NCBI GenBank assembly: GCA_047495785.1
Contig: JBLDXI010000028.1
Span: 1,488,001 to 1,552,000, forward strand
DNA: 64,000 bases
Direction of reading: 5' to 3'
Source: Lepidodermella squamata
Taxonomy: Eukaryota > Animalia > Gastrotricha
In this document: one piece after another, positions 44,854 to 56,368 of the stretch
Layout of the letters: every line of letters starts with the position of its first letter
How positions within the stretch are numbered: position 1 is the first letter of the stretch
Notes under the pieces: generated by a model
What the model was told of the DNA's origin: nothing
Database searches by the model: none
What the model saw: only the letters and a program-made list of their open reading frames with translations
Made by a program: the position numbers and the translations under genes

Positions 44854-46014
44854 TTACTCGTTGAAAACAATAGAACACTGAATAGCGATGTAAAGTACAG
44901 TAGCGACAAAGAAAACGGAAAAGTCTATAACCCTAAGCCGTTTGAATTCGATTCCGCAACTTTTGAGGATCTCGCTGTGTTCAGCAAACCATTTGCCGAT
45001 TTTCGCAGATTTGTTCCCGGAAATGCATGAAACAGCTAGTGTGTATAACGCAATCAGCCAAGCTAGCACGGAGCTGAAATCGATGTAAGTCGCTAGGGCT
45101 ATTCGATATGGTTTTGGCGGGACTGTTTTGTACAGCTCGCCCTGATATACGGCTGTTGCAAGAAGTATAGCCACGCACAATTCCGGTCGTTCGGAATAAC
45201 CAGGTGGAATAATTATCGAAGCGACCTGCAGGCCGACAAGAAATGGGACTGGCAATAGCATGCTTTGGATCACACGCTCGGGCCGTCTTCTAAATTGAAG
45301 GAAAATCCGTGCTGATTGCGTTGAATTCTGAACAGACATCTGATGATACATGCCAACATAACCCCAGTTCTGACCCTCCGTCACAAATTCTGGAGCGACT
45401 TCATAAGATATATTACCTAATAGGATACGAGATTCTGCTAGTTCAAGGTTGAAATCTAGTGACACCGTTTGAGTTTCGAACGGAAACGCTGAGAAATCCA
45501 TCGACTTCTGCGATGAAACAAATACTCCGAACCGTCGCCAGTAAAACTCGATATCACCATTTTTTCGAATATTGCTCCAAAACTTCTCGGTAAATCCCTC
45601 AGCCATGCCCATCTCTACAGCCGCGTTGGAGTGGAACAGTGGTGGTTTCCAAAACAAGTCACTTTTCAAGTTCACCCTGGCTTCTTTCGTCCTTTCTGAC
45701 TTCGGGATCCAGATTGGGTGGAGATTTTCTGGTCGGCACCTTACAGACCATCGAGCTCCGAGATTACCAGAAAGAGATACCTGCTCGGCGACATCGTCGA
45801 TTCCAATAAAGCGGTCGAAGTTGAACAACAATGAAATCCTAATTTTTTTACATTTATCGCGATCTTCTCGACTTGTTACGCATTGTGGGGTGTAGGATTC
45901 AGGACTTAGATGTGGACATTCTTCAAGCAGCTGCTCGCTAAGGCTAAGCCCTTCCACTTCACTTAAAATAGCAATTTTGATGATCACGGTGAGATACATA
46001 TAATTCCAGGGCAT
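44854..46014 (-). CDS. Cys-less pLGIC subunit #19
   Basis: Loop SSQKSMDFSAFPFETQTV; M2 SERPELCVAILLATAVY. Confidence 0.92.
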   Translation of the reverse strand: MPWNYMYLTVIIKIAILSEVEGLSLSEQLLEECPHLSPESYTPQCVTSREDRDKCKKIRISLLFNFDRFIGIDDVAEQVSLSGNLGARWSVRCRPENLHPIWIPKSERTKEARVNLKSDLFWKPPLFHSNAAVEMGMAEGFTEKFWSNIRKNGDIEFYWRRFGVFVSSQKSMDFSAFPFETQTVSLDFNLELAESRILLGNISYEVAPEFVTEGQNWGYVGMYHQMSVQNSTQSARIFLQFRRRPERVIQSMLLPVPFLVGLQVASIIIPPGYSERPELCVAILLATAVYQGELYKTVPPKPYRIALATYIDFSSVLAWLIALYTLAVSCISGNKSAKIGKWFAEHSEILKSCGIEFKRLRVIDFSVFFVATVLYIAIQCSIVFNE

Positions 46015-46269
46015 GGTTACTCGAAGGTAGCTGCGAAAGAAAATACATGTATATTAAACTTTTTTATTAAAATTGATTTCGACAAACTGCAGTGCACCTC
46101 AGAGAGTAAATAGAGATTTATTGAAATTCGGTGCTGTTTAAATCCAGCGCTGCAGCAAAATCTTGAAGCGGAAAAAGCAGCTCGCTTTTTACAGAAGTCA
46201 ATTTCAAACGCACATTCAGCATTCAGCATGATGCGTAGATGAATTGGTTTTAACAAGTTAGCTTTGGTC

Positions 46270-48691
46270 TCATGCATTTTTCTGTTGAGCTGGGGCAACG
46301 AGAATTTGCTGATGTGAACCCGAGCTGACTGCTATTTTAGAGTTCTTACTCGTAACTACAGGCCACAAGTTTGACCAAATCGGGAATGTCAAACTCATGT
46401 AATTTCCACCAGAGAAAATTAGCGCTCCAACAACAACCGTTATCATTTGATTGAAATCAGAACCCGCTAGTAGGAAAACAATCAGCAAAAAAGCGAAAAA
46501 TATTGTTGCTGAATTCAGAATTGCAACACGCAGGCAGTTGCATTCGTAGTCGTAGAAATGAAGGATCTTCAGCTTTGTCCGGCTGTCGTAGGCAAAAAAG
46601 CAATTGGCAAGTAGGATGAACGCATTTAGCCCAATAAAACCAGCCAGCCATGGATATTCCATATTCGAAGTACAGGCGTAGTATCGAACGTCGTAGTAAG
46701 AATCAATATTTTCATCAAAGAAAACAGGCGAAGTTATGTACCTAACTTTGAACGAATCAGCCAAGATCCAAGCGATTACAGCAACAATGAAACTTATTGA
46801 CAAGACTAGAGCAACTGCAAGCTGGTAGCATTTCGACTTCGGAACTCTTTGATCCATATGTTCCTTGAACTCTTCCGAAGAAATGGCACTGCTTTGGCTT
46901 TTGAACATGATGGCCTTGAGAGATCGCATGATGTCGCGCAATCCGAATATTCGAACCATGATGGCGCAGTTGCTAATACAAATTCCGATAGTGATGAACA
47001 GTGGGCGGATCTTACACAACGACTCGCTTTGCAGCAAAAGTTCAAACAGCAAAATTATGACACCGAATTCGACTACGACGCTACCCATCAACAAAACGGA
47101 ATTGGTAGGAGAGTCAAAATAGAAGATGAAACGATCGCGATCAGCATGACGCTGTAATCGGATGAAAATGATGACTTGTTTGACAATCAAAGCTAATGCG
47201 ATTAGTAGGAGAATCACAAACGCAGCAACGAAAAATTGGTTAGTTAGATGAAGCATGCTTGACAGGTCTTTTGGTGGCTGACCGGATTTAGTGAACCACA
47301 CCGGGCTTTGAAGTGGTATGACTTTATAGGTACTAGCGTTCAAGAGGGTTCGCCAATCTGTGTCAAGCCGATTACTTTTGAAAATCAACCGAACTGCCCC
47401 AGCGTTTTGTTGGATCAGATACACGTCTTCGGTGTCGATCAGCAATCTGTCTGAGTACTTTATCCTACCAATTCGAAGCCCGTCAAAGTCAGTAGCGGCT
47501 GTGCTGGCATTTACAACTTGCCGAACTAGTTCAGGATTTGTTTCAAAATCTTTCAAGCTCATGTTATACCGCTGCCGGAGTACGGTTTCGCTTCGATTCA
47601 AAGCCAGAACAGTTCCCATGGCCGCATCATGGCAGATATGCCTTTGCCCCATATCGTTGACTTTCGTACCATTAAGTTCTCGCTTGAGATAGGCCTCAAA
47701 AGCATCAGTATCGTATCCAAACGGCGTTGGTCCGAACTTCTCCCAAGCACTTTGAACCAGCCCGAAGAAGAATGTGATTTTCAACATCTCAGCAATCATT
47801 GGACGGGTGCAGCCAGGAATGAGGGGTAGAGCTGCATCTTCAGCCGTTACAAAGGTTAGAATGTGGCCAAAGTAAGCGTAGAAAGGAGCTGTCATCCCAG
47901 CTTGATAGGCCAGACACAGCATTTTCACGAAAAGCCACGTCTGCCCATGCGCAGAAATAATTATTCTCGCGCCTTGATTCTTCATACCCTCTACCATAGC
48001 CAGGGTGAGATCAGCTTCACTCCCATAGTACGGCGATTCAATACCCTGTTGGGCAAGGGCGATTTGAATGTTCTTCCCGAACAGGTCGTCATTCACATTT
48101 CCGGAAAATGTAAATACTGAGACTTGTTTCCAACCTCCGAGCTGCTTGGCAAAGATAGGTGCCATAGTTCCAATACTGTCCGATGTTCCTTGCGCTCGAT
48201 AGAGATGGTTGTATAGGGCCTTTTTAGCAATCAACGCAACCCCAGCGCATCCTTCGGCGAATTCAGTGAAATAGTTCACTTTGACCGCAAGTGTCACAGC
48301 TTAAAAGAAATGCTGAAATACTGGAAGATAGATGGGTTGAAAGCTTACTCTGGCAGGCCAATGACGGGCCCACGACGATCGGTGACACATAGGAATTGTT
48401 CTTTCGCTCAGCTTCAAATTCCCACAGGAAATTTGCGAAGCTATATGGAGCTCTTGTAGCTGCTCCTCCTTCGTCTTTCAGGACCATTCGTATGCGGTAA
48501 TCAGGCAGAACATCGGTTCTTGAGTTAGCGGTATCAATCACAAGCTTAGCCGCCGTGCTGCAGGCAGTTGGCAGAGGTGGATTGGCGACTGCCATCATGT
48601 TCAGCATCACCAGCTCATACGGCTTGGCAACAGGAGGATTACTTTGGCCTGCGACTAGGCTGAGAACAAAAGTGGCAAAGATCAATAGCAT
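46270..48691 (-). CDS. Class C GPCR, GABA-B receptor-like, 2 exons
   Basis: Exon 1 48691-48349, 49-nt intron 48348-48300, exon 2 48299-46270; paralog of 4532-6943 with the same intron position. Confidence 0.9.
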
Positions 48692-48747
48692 AACTTGAAA
48701 TTGTGAGAAAATGAATCGAAATGGGAATGCGTCGATACCCCACCAGC

Positions 48748-48754
48748 TTTTATA
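48748..48754 (-). promoter_or_regulatory. Putative TATA box for the GPCR at 48691
   Basis: TATAAAA on the minus strand about 60 nt upstream of the ATG. Confidence 0.45.
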
Positions 48755-49153
48755 GTCTTATTTCAATAATATCTCGTTATCTTTGCAAACAACTAATATC
48801 CCACTTAGCAAATTGAATGCCTCGAGTAGGCGACTAGGAGTCCGAGTAATTCCAGCCAATTAAATATGCAATCAACTAGTTTTACTGATCTGTGCTTCAA
48901 CTAATAATACTTGATCCACTTCATTTCAAAGAACGGTGCCATTACGTTTAGGACGGGTAGGCCTTAAAGCATAAGCAATTAGATCAGAGTGATCTGCGTA
49001 GTGGGTAAATTGGCCGATCCACAATTTCTGAAATTAAAACACCGACATTTTGCTTTTTGAAACCAATTAAGAGAAAGAAGCAAGCTCGCTAAAATGCTAA
49101 CAGTTAAATTAGTTAATGAAAAGGTTGATTGAAATTGCCGTATCGATCTGTTT

Positions 49154-51551
49154 TTATAGAGAGACGCCGCTATGTTTTGCGGAAAATACAGCAATTTTCG
49201 AGTGCTCCTTCTTCACCACCGGCCAACGATTCGACCATACAGGGAAATACATAATCATAAAATTCGAGCCGGAATAAAGCAGCGAGCCAACAATGAAAGC
49301 TGTCATCTGGTTATATTCAGACCCTGATCCCAGCAAGTAGACGATGAGGAGAAAAGCGAAGAAAATCGTAGTTGAGTTGACTATCGCCATTCGCAGCATA
49401 TTGCACTCGAAGTCATAGAAATGCAATATTTTCATTTTCGTCCGGCTGTCATAAGCGAAAAAGCAGCTGGCAAGTAGAATGAACGCATTCAATCCAATAA
49501 AAGCGGCAAGCCAAGAATACTCAGTCTCCGAAACACAAAATGAACTCGTGACATCGAAGTAAGAATCTAGAGCCTCGTCGAACATTACCTGCGAGGAAAC
49601 GTACTTCACAGAGAAAGCATCAACGGCGAAGATCCAAATGAAAACCGAAACAGCAACCAAACCTGAAATAATCGATCCGATTGCAATCTGGGCAAGTTTC
49701 GACTTAGGAACCCGCTTTTTCATGTGCTCTTTGAAGTCTGCCGAAGTAATGCTGTTAGCATCACTCTTGAACATTATGTCCTTCAAAGATCTCATAATGT
49801 CTCGTAAACCGAAAATTCGGACCATCATCACACTGTTACAAATTGTAACCCCAATCGGTATGAAAAGAGCCCGAATCTTACATAGATATTGCTGGTAGTA
49901 CGCCAATTCCAAGAGGATGAGAATTGAACCAACGTCGAGAACGAAACAACCGAAGAGAAAAAGGAAATTTGTCGGAAAGTTGAAGTAAAATATGAAGTGA
50001 TCTCGATTAACTCTCTTTCGTAAAACAGCGAGGATCGAGATTTGTAAAGGAATTAGAGCCGCAGATATGAATGTCAAAATCCCGAATGTAGCTGAAGGAA
50101 AGCTGGTAACGAGATGAATTACGCTTGACAAATCTTTCGGAGGCTGGCCTGATTTCGTAAACCAAATCGGTGGGTTGATTGGTAATATCTTGTATCCAGT
50201 TGATTTTGAGTCATTATCCGCCCGAATTATTTTATAAATGATGCGAACAGCGCCAGTAATCGGCTGAACCACGAATACATCTTCATCATCGATGAGCAGA
50301 CGCTCCGAGAATTTGATCCTACCAACCCTCAGTCCGATGAAGTCAGTCGCTGCGGTGCTTTCGTTGACAATTCTTCGAACCAAGTCTGGGCTTGTTTCAA
50401 AGTCTTTCAAGCTCATGTTGTACCTTTTTCTAAGCTCTGTTTCGCTTCGGTTTAGAGCTAAGACTGTACCCATAGCGGCGTCGTGACAGATGTGTCTTTG
50501 CCCGATATCGTTAACCCGAGTTCCATTGAGCTCCTTTGACAAGTAAGCTTCAAAGCCATCGATATCGTAACCGAAGGGCGTTGGTTCGAATTTCTGCCAA
50601 CCAAACTGAACCAGGCCGAAGAATAGCGTGACTTTCATCATCTCGGCTATCATAGCCCTCGTACAGCCGGGTATCAACTGCAATCCCGGATCGTCGGCAG
50701 TTGTGTAGGTGAAAAAATTAGCGATGTACAGGTAGTACGGAGCTGTCATGCCAGCGTTGTAAGCTAAACACATAAACTTCACGTACAACCCTGGTTGACC
50801 ATGAGCTGACACGATTATTCTGGCCCCACTTGCTTTGATGTTGTCCATGACAGCTGGAGTCACATCAGCCTCACTTCCGTAGTAAGGAACGTCAATACTT
50901 TGTTGGGCGAAGACAGTTTGAAGCATACGCCCGAATATATCATCATTCGCGTTTGCTGATGATGTGAAAATTGCCATTTGCTTCCATCCACCAATTTGCT
51001 TAGCGAAAATCGGGATCAAATTAGCCATATTTTCATAGGGCCCCTGGGCTCGATAGAGATGATTGAACAAGTTACGTCTCGCGATGAGAGTAGGCCCAGC
51101 ACATCCTTCAGCAAACTGAATGAACTTGTTCGACTTGATAGCGAGTGCATTGGCTGAAAATAGTAGGTTTTGCATTTTAAATAGCTCAAAAGAATTTTTA
51201 AACCTTACTTTGGCAAGCGAGTGAAGTTCCGACGACAATTGGAGAAATGTATGAGTTATTCGATCTATTAATCTCAAACTCCCATAAGAAGTTGATGAAG
51301 CTTTGAGGTCCCTTCATCGCTGCTGGCCCCTCATCTTTTAGAACCATTCTTATGCGGTAGTCTGGCAACACGTCATTGCGGGAGTTGGCAGTATCGATTA
51401 CCAACTTTGCAGCCGTACTACAAGCGGTCGAAATATTCGGACCCGAAACAGGCATCATGTTCAGCATGACTAATTCATATGGTTTCGAGGGTAGGGCAGC
51501 ATTTACTTCAAGAGCAAATTGCATGAAGAAAATATAAACCAACAGCCTCAT
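49154..51551 (-). CDS. Class C GPCR, GABA-B receptor-like, 2 exons
   Basis: Exon 1 51551-51209, 55-nt intron 51208-51154, exon 2 51153-49154; appears closest to 4532-6943. Confidence 0.9.
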
Positions 51552-51835
51552 TACTTGGGATGGTGTGTAAAAATCAAAATAAAGATCAGGTCGATATGTT
51601 TAAGAAAATTTTACACTCACATCTCCTGCCTTATTTTTTAATTATGTTGAGAGTGAGCCGAAACTTCGAGAATCTTTTACTTCTTGCAATTACACGATAT
51701 TAAATCGGGTCAAGAGTTAGTCAATTGTGTGTAGTAAATGCGATCAAGCTAATTGATTGTGTTTTCGTCTGTCTACTACTGACATTCCATATAAAGTTAT
51801 AAAGGCGTCAGACGTCGGACAGATTCAATTTTATT

Positions 51836-53038
51836 TCAGGTCAGGCCAACTGACAAAGCGTACGCCTGTATTCCCAGAAACATCAGGACTGAGATCGCAA
51901 TTACAAAGAAATCAATCAAGCTCATCGTAGCGTAAGATTTTCCGAAAATTCTAACGCTTCGATTTATCCAATGAGTTTTCAGGGGTTCACTCATCAGACG
52001 ATTTGTCATCAACATGTATATAGTCAACGCCCAGGCTAAAATTGAACTCAGATCTGTGTAATTACTCAGAAACGATCGGGTCGGTTTAGGGGGGACGAAA
52101 GATATTATTTCAGTTTGAAGAAAGGTAAATGCGAGCAGGATAGTAACGCAAAACATAGGTCTATCAACAGACCCGACTGGTAAGAAGAAAGCTGTAAGTT
52201 CTAGCACTGATAGCATACAACATGGCGCGAGCAATCCATATACAAAGAAGTCAGACTTGCGACGGAACTTCAGCCGAAAGATCAATCCGCTTTTATTCTC
52301 CAAAAACAAATCGGATGCGTTAACTCGTTCCATTCCCTCGAATGTCCAACCAGCCCCCGGCGACATGAAGCTTGAATGAGGTTGCTGTATGTCCGGCGAA
52401 AAATCAACCGCCCTGTTGTTAGTCTGCATGGCGAATTCCATATCCAAACTTTGGATATCAAACGGGAAGTTTTTGAAGTCCATACCACTTTGGGTTGATG
52501 AAAATACTCCGAAACGCTGCCACCAAAATACAAGGTATCCTTTGGTGGAGGAGTAATAGACTACGTAAAACCTCTCGGCGAAAGTACCATCGTTGAAGCC
52601 GAAATTCGTGACTGCGTTCTGGTGATGAATAGCCGGTTTCCAGAATGAAGTTGGATCAAGATTTATGACCAACTCCTCTGAAGTCTCGTTATCAGGTAAA
52701 TACCACTCAGAGTCAGGATTGTGATCGAATTTGAAGTCTGGGCAATATACCCTCCATCTAATCCTCAAAGACCCTGAAACTGTCATAGTCTCAGCCACAT
52801 CATCGATCCGCTGGAATCTTTGCAACTGTGGGGTTAGTTTTACAGGGGTTGACTGGCACATTGATGAATTTGTGGATCTGAGGCGACCGCTTACGCAAGT
52901 TGGCGAGTATACCATCGGCTGTAAGTGTGGGCATGATTTCACCAATTCCTCAGCAAAATCGTACTTTTCACCTGCTGCGAATACTGCAGACAGGTATAAA
53001 TACATTAAAACGCACGCGCTTTTGACCTGGAAGGACAT
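51836..53038 (-). CDS. Cys-less pLGIC subunit #20
   Basis: Loop STQSGMDFKNFPFDIQSL; M2 VDRPMFCVTILLAFTF. Confidence 0.92.
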   Translation of the reverse strand: MSFQVKSACVLMYLYLSAVFAAGEKYDFAEELVKSCPHLQPMVYSPTCVSGRLRSTNSSMCQSTPVKLTPQLQRFQRIDDVAETMTVSGSLRIRWRVYCPDFKFDHNPDSEWYLPDNETSEELVINLDPTSFWKPAIHHQNAVTNFGFNDGTFAERFYVVYYSSTKGYLVFWWQRFGVFSSTQSGMDFKNFPFDIQSLDMEFAMQTNNRAVDFSPDIQQPHSSFMSPGAGWTFEGMERVNASDLFLENKSGLIFRLKFRRKSDFFVYGLLAPCCMLSVLELTAFFLPVGSVDRPMFCVTILLAFTFLQTEIISFVPPKPTRSFLSNYTDLSSILAWALTIYMLMTNRLMSEPLKTHWINRSVRIFGKSYATMSLIDFFVIAISVLMFLGIQAYALSVGLT

Positions 53039-54271
53039 TTTAGTTTTAAAAATCAGTTATAGCTTGATCGCTGAATGCTTATGATTTGTAAATACTCTGT
53101 GTAATCACTCATCCGGTATAGAATGGGAATATGATGATCTCGAGGACAAAAATACATTTATTCCTGCTTCCATGAGGTGAAATGGCCCAACCAGGAAACG
53201 GGCGCGCATAAATCGATTAACCTACCATCAGCCAGTTTCATGTTTTGGGATCCAGCCGCAAAATCACATAATATCTCATCAAAGAATAGATTTCTCGGCG
53301 GCACTTCAACGTTAGGCCAGGTAAACAAGCAAAAAACACAGCATATTTGGTAAAAAAGCATACGCGCTCACAAACATTGTAGTCGTTAGTAATCATCAAT
53401 AGAGCAGGAAGTTGCACGCTATCCTATATATGAGAGCAAAAGCCCAGTACGCAAAAAACCAACCATGTGTGTCTACATCGGATGTTTTTGTTTCATTACT
53501 GGTTTTTTTGGTATCCTTTCTTCTAAAGTCACGATTTGAACCAAGGGAGCTGATTCGATGAAAGCGAGCCGTATATTACTTGCATTAACTTTGCCGTCCG
53601 TGAACTTCTTTTGATAAGCAATTGATACAACGTTGAATTTGGTGGGATAATTTCCTAATCCTTATCATTATTTTATATAAAATTAATAGAAATTAACTTA
53701 ACGTATGATGAAACGTCGCTTGCTAACCGAAATTGACTTCTGCGAAGTCCTTATTTCGCATCACCAGCTTGTTTTACACAGCAAATGAAGTAGACTAACA
53801 ACTCGAACTTGGCTTTCCCCAATTCCTAATTCAATGTTACCAATTGAAACACCTATCTTCCCCTGAGAAAAAAGGGCAAAGAAAGTTCAATCTTTTATGA
53901 CAGATCGAAGAGTTTCTTTTCCATTACATGCCTGATATTATTTCGTGCGAACCCGAAACCCGAATTTATCAGTCAATTATTCTTTGTCCGAAAATGGTCG
54001 CAAAATCTTTAATCTTTATTGACCCAGCAATAAATCATGATAAAGACTCCTTTACAGACACCACATGATTATGACGTACGAATTCTAATGAGGGAGGTGA
54101 AAAAGGTCACAAAGGCTGCTTAGGCTGCTTAGGTGTGGTTTCCGGTGCACTCTTTAAAGTGAGCGTTTTACAGGGAAAGGAGCACCGCCCAGTTCGCAGC
54201 TGTTTCCTAAACAAATAGACTGCTAGGTCCGCCGTGATTCACACTCAATATCGTATTAGCAATTTAAGACT

Positions 54272-55788
54272 ATGAAAAACTCGCTGTTCATCAGCTCTTG
54301 GCTGCTCATGGTCACCATCGGGGCCCATTCGGCCGAAATAAAAGGGCTCAATCAAAAATTGCTGGTGATCTCATTCGACGGCTTTCGACGGCTTTATTTA
54401 GCCGATAACGATCTTCCAAACTTCAACGCCTTCGGGAAAAGCGGAGTGGTTTCCGAACTCACTCAAAGCGTCTTTCCTAGTGACACATTCCCTAATCACT
54501 GTAAGCACTGAGATTTATGTTATCAAGTTTTACTGTTGACTTTTCAGGGTCGATTGCCACTGGAATGTATTCTGAGAGCCACGGCATCGTCTCTAACAGC
54601 TTTTATGATCCGAAACTGAACAAAACATTCACCATGTCGAGCCTTGATACAGCTTTCTGGGACCAGGCTGAGCCTATCTGGATCGCAGCCCGACGAACGG
54701 GTAACAAGCGAACCGGGGTCTCCTTCTGGCCTGGTTCTGCCGTCAAATTCGAGTTGGGAACTCCTGACTTCTATCGAGAGGTCTACAACGACAAAGTGCC
54801 ATTCGAAGAAAGGATCAATGAAACGGTTCGCTATCTTTCGAAAGAGAACGTCGACCTTGCCCTGCTCTACCACAACGAGCCAGACAAAACTGGGCATGAT
54901 AATAAACCGGAATCCGACAAGGTGAAAAAGGTTCTGAAAGAAACTGACGATTACATGGGCAAGATTCTTAAATACTTGGAAGAAGCCGGCCTGAACCAGA
55001 ACAATTTGAATATCATCACTCTGGCTGATCATGGTATGGTTTACGTTGAAACTCGGCTGTATGTTGGCAATTATATCGATATGGCTAGCATTGAATATGT
55101 AAGCTGGATCTCTCAAACTCTTGTGAGTTTTGATACATTGTTATCACAATTTTTCAGCCGACGCAATATGGTGCGTCCATGGGTGTGAGACCTAAAGAAG
55201 GTCGAGCTGACGAGGTTATGGCAAATTTGACAAAAGCTAGTCAGGAAACCGGCCTCTTCAATGTCTATTGGAAGAAGGACGTGCCACTTGAATTTCACTA
55301 TTCAAACAACGATAGAATCACAGAAATTGTTATCATGTGTAAAGTCGGCGTTTACATGGCAAGAGTAAGTTCTTCATCGCTAAATCTTGTCAATCATTCT
55401 CTTTTCTTGTTAGTCTGCAAGCTCGTCAGGCGGCTCCTCTCATGGATTCGACCCAAAGGAATCCGTTATGCAACCTCTTTTCATGGCTCGCGGCCCGGCT
55501 TTCAAGCAGGGTGGCTTCAAAGCGACTCGAATGTTTGAAACGAAAGATATCTATGCCATCATGGCACATGTAACTGGTATTCAACCCGCTGCAACTAATG
55601 CCAGCCTGGAACGAGTTCGAGACCTCTTTGCTGTCGACCCTTTTGACCCGTCAGCCTCGACCTCCAAACAAACTACAACGAAATCTTTATCAGGCTCAAC
55701 TACTGCCAAATCGCGTGCTGATAACTTGAAGTACAACACTATTTTGATTTTCTGTTTCTTAGTTTTACATGTTGATATAGCCAAGTGA
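54272..55788 (+). CDS. Ectonucleotide pyrophosphatase/phosphodiesterase (ENPP4/5/6/7-type), copy A, 4 exons
   Basis: Introns 54501-54547, 55099-55157, 55365-55413. Motifs SFDGFR, DTFPNH (catalytic Thr), EPDKTGH, ADHGM, HGFD; signal peptide; Ser/Thr stalk and hydrophobic C-terminus (GPI/TM-like). Confidence 0.9.
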
Positions 55789-56368
55789 TACGCGTTATAT
55801 TACCTGCTGATTTTTGTTTCTGTTTACCACGTTTGCTTGCCTCTTCAAATAAATTACAATTTTAGTGCTTCAGACATGTTTTAATCAATCTTGGTCCTGG
55901 CCTCCTAAACGGGATCAATCATCGTTTGCCACGCATTTCATTTCGCTCGGAGGTCGGAGTATGAAATTTTTGCAATAAAATAAATTAAAACTTCGACGAA
56001 ATTCCTTGAAAATTTCAATCACGGTTGACTGCCAGCCTCAGCTGAAAGCTGAAAGATGAATTAAGATGCTTCTTTTTCATGGAAAAAGAGAGCGAGTAAC
56101 CTAACTACCTCTACCTTTGGGATGATGACATTATTTTCATTAACAAAGAAAAGGAAAGAAAACCTTCAGGCAGGGAATTCGCGTAGAACTTGCACATCAC
56201 TCAACAGGCTAGCAGATCCTTAATAAATTTTACATTTGTGTGTTAGATGGTAGAGCTGCAATAACGCATTTTTTCAGCTGTTCGTTAAGAATACATATCA
56301 TTCGCTTGATATGCAAGTCTTACTTCACCAATACGAATACGTCACACTAGTCATTCAAAATCATAAAG

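Noticed and set aside
51154-51277. Separate 707-aa and 117-aa GPCR ORFs, and the similar splits at 6.5, 28 and 48.3 kb, read as frameshifted genes
   Set aside because: Each split is resolved by a canonical 49-55 nt GT-AG intron
54544-55116. 190-aa antisense ORF and the many other 60-130 aa ORFs opposite real genes
   Set aside because: Shadow ORFs of the coding strand with no motifs
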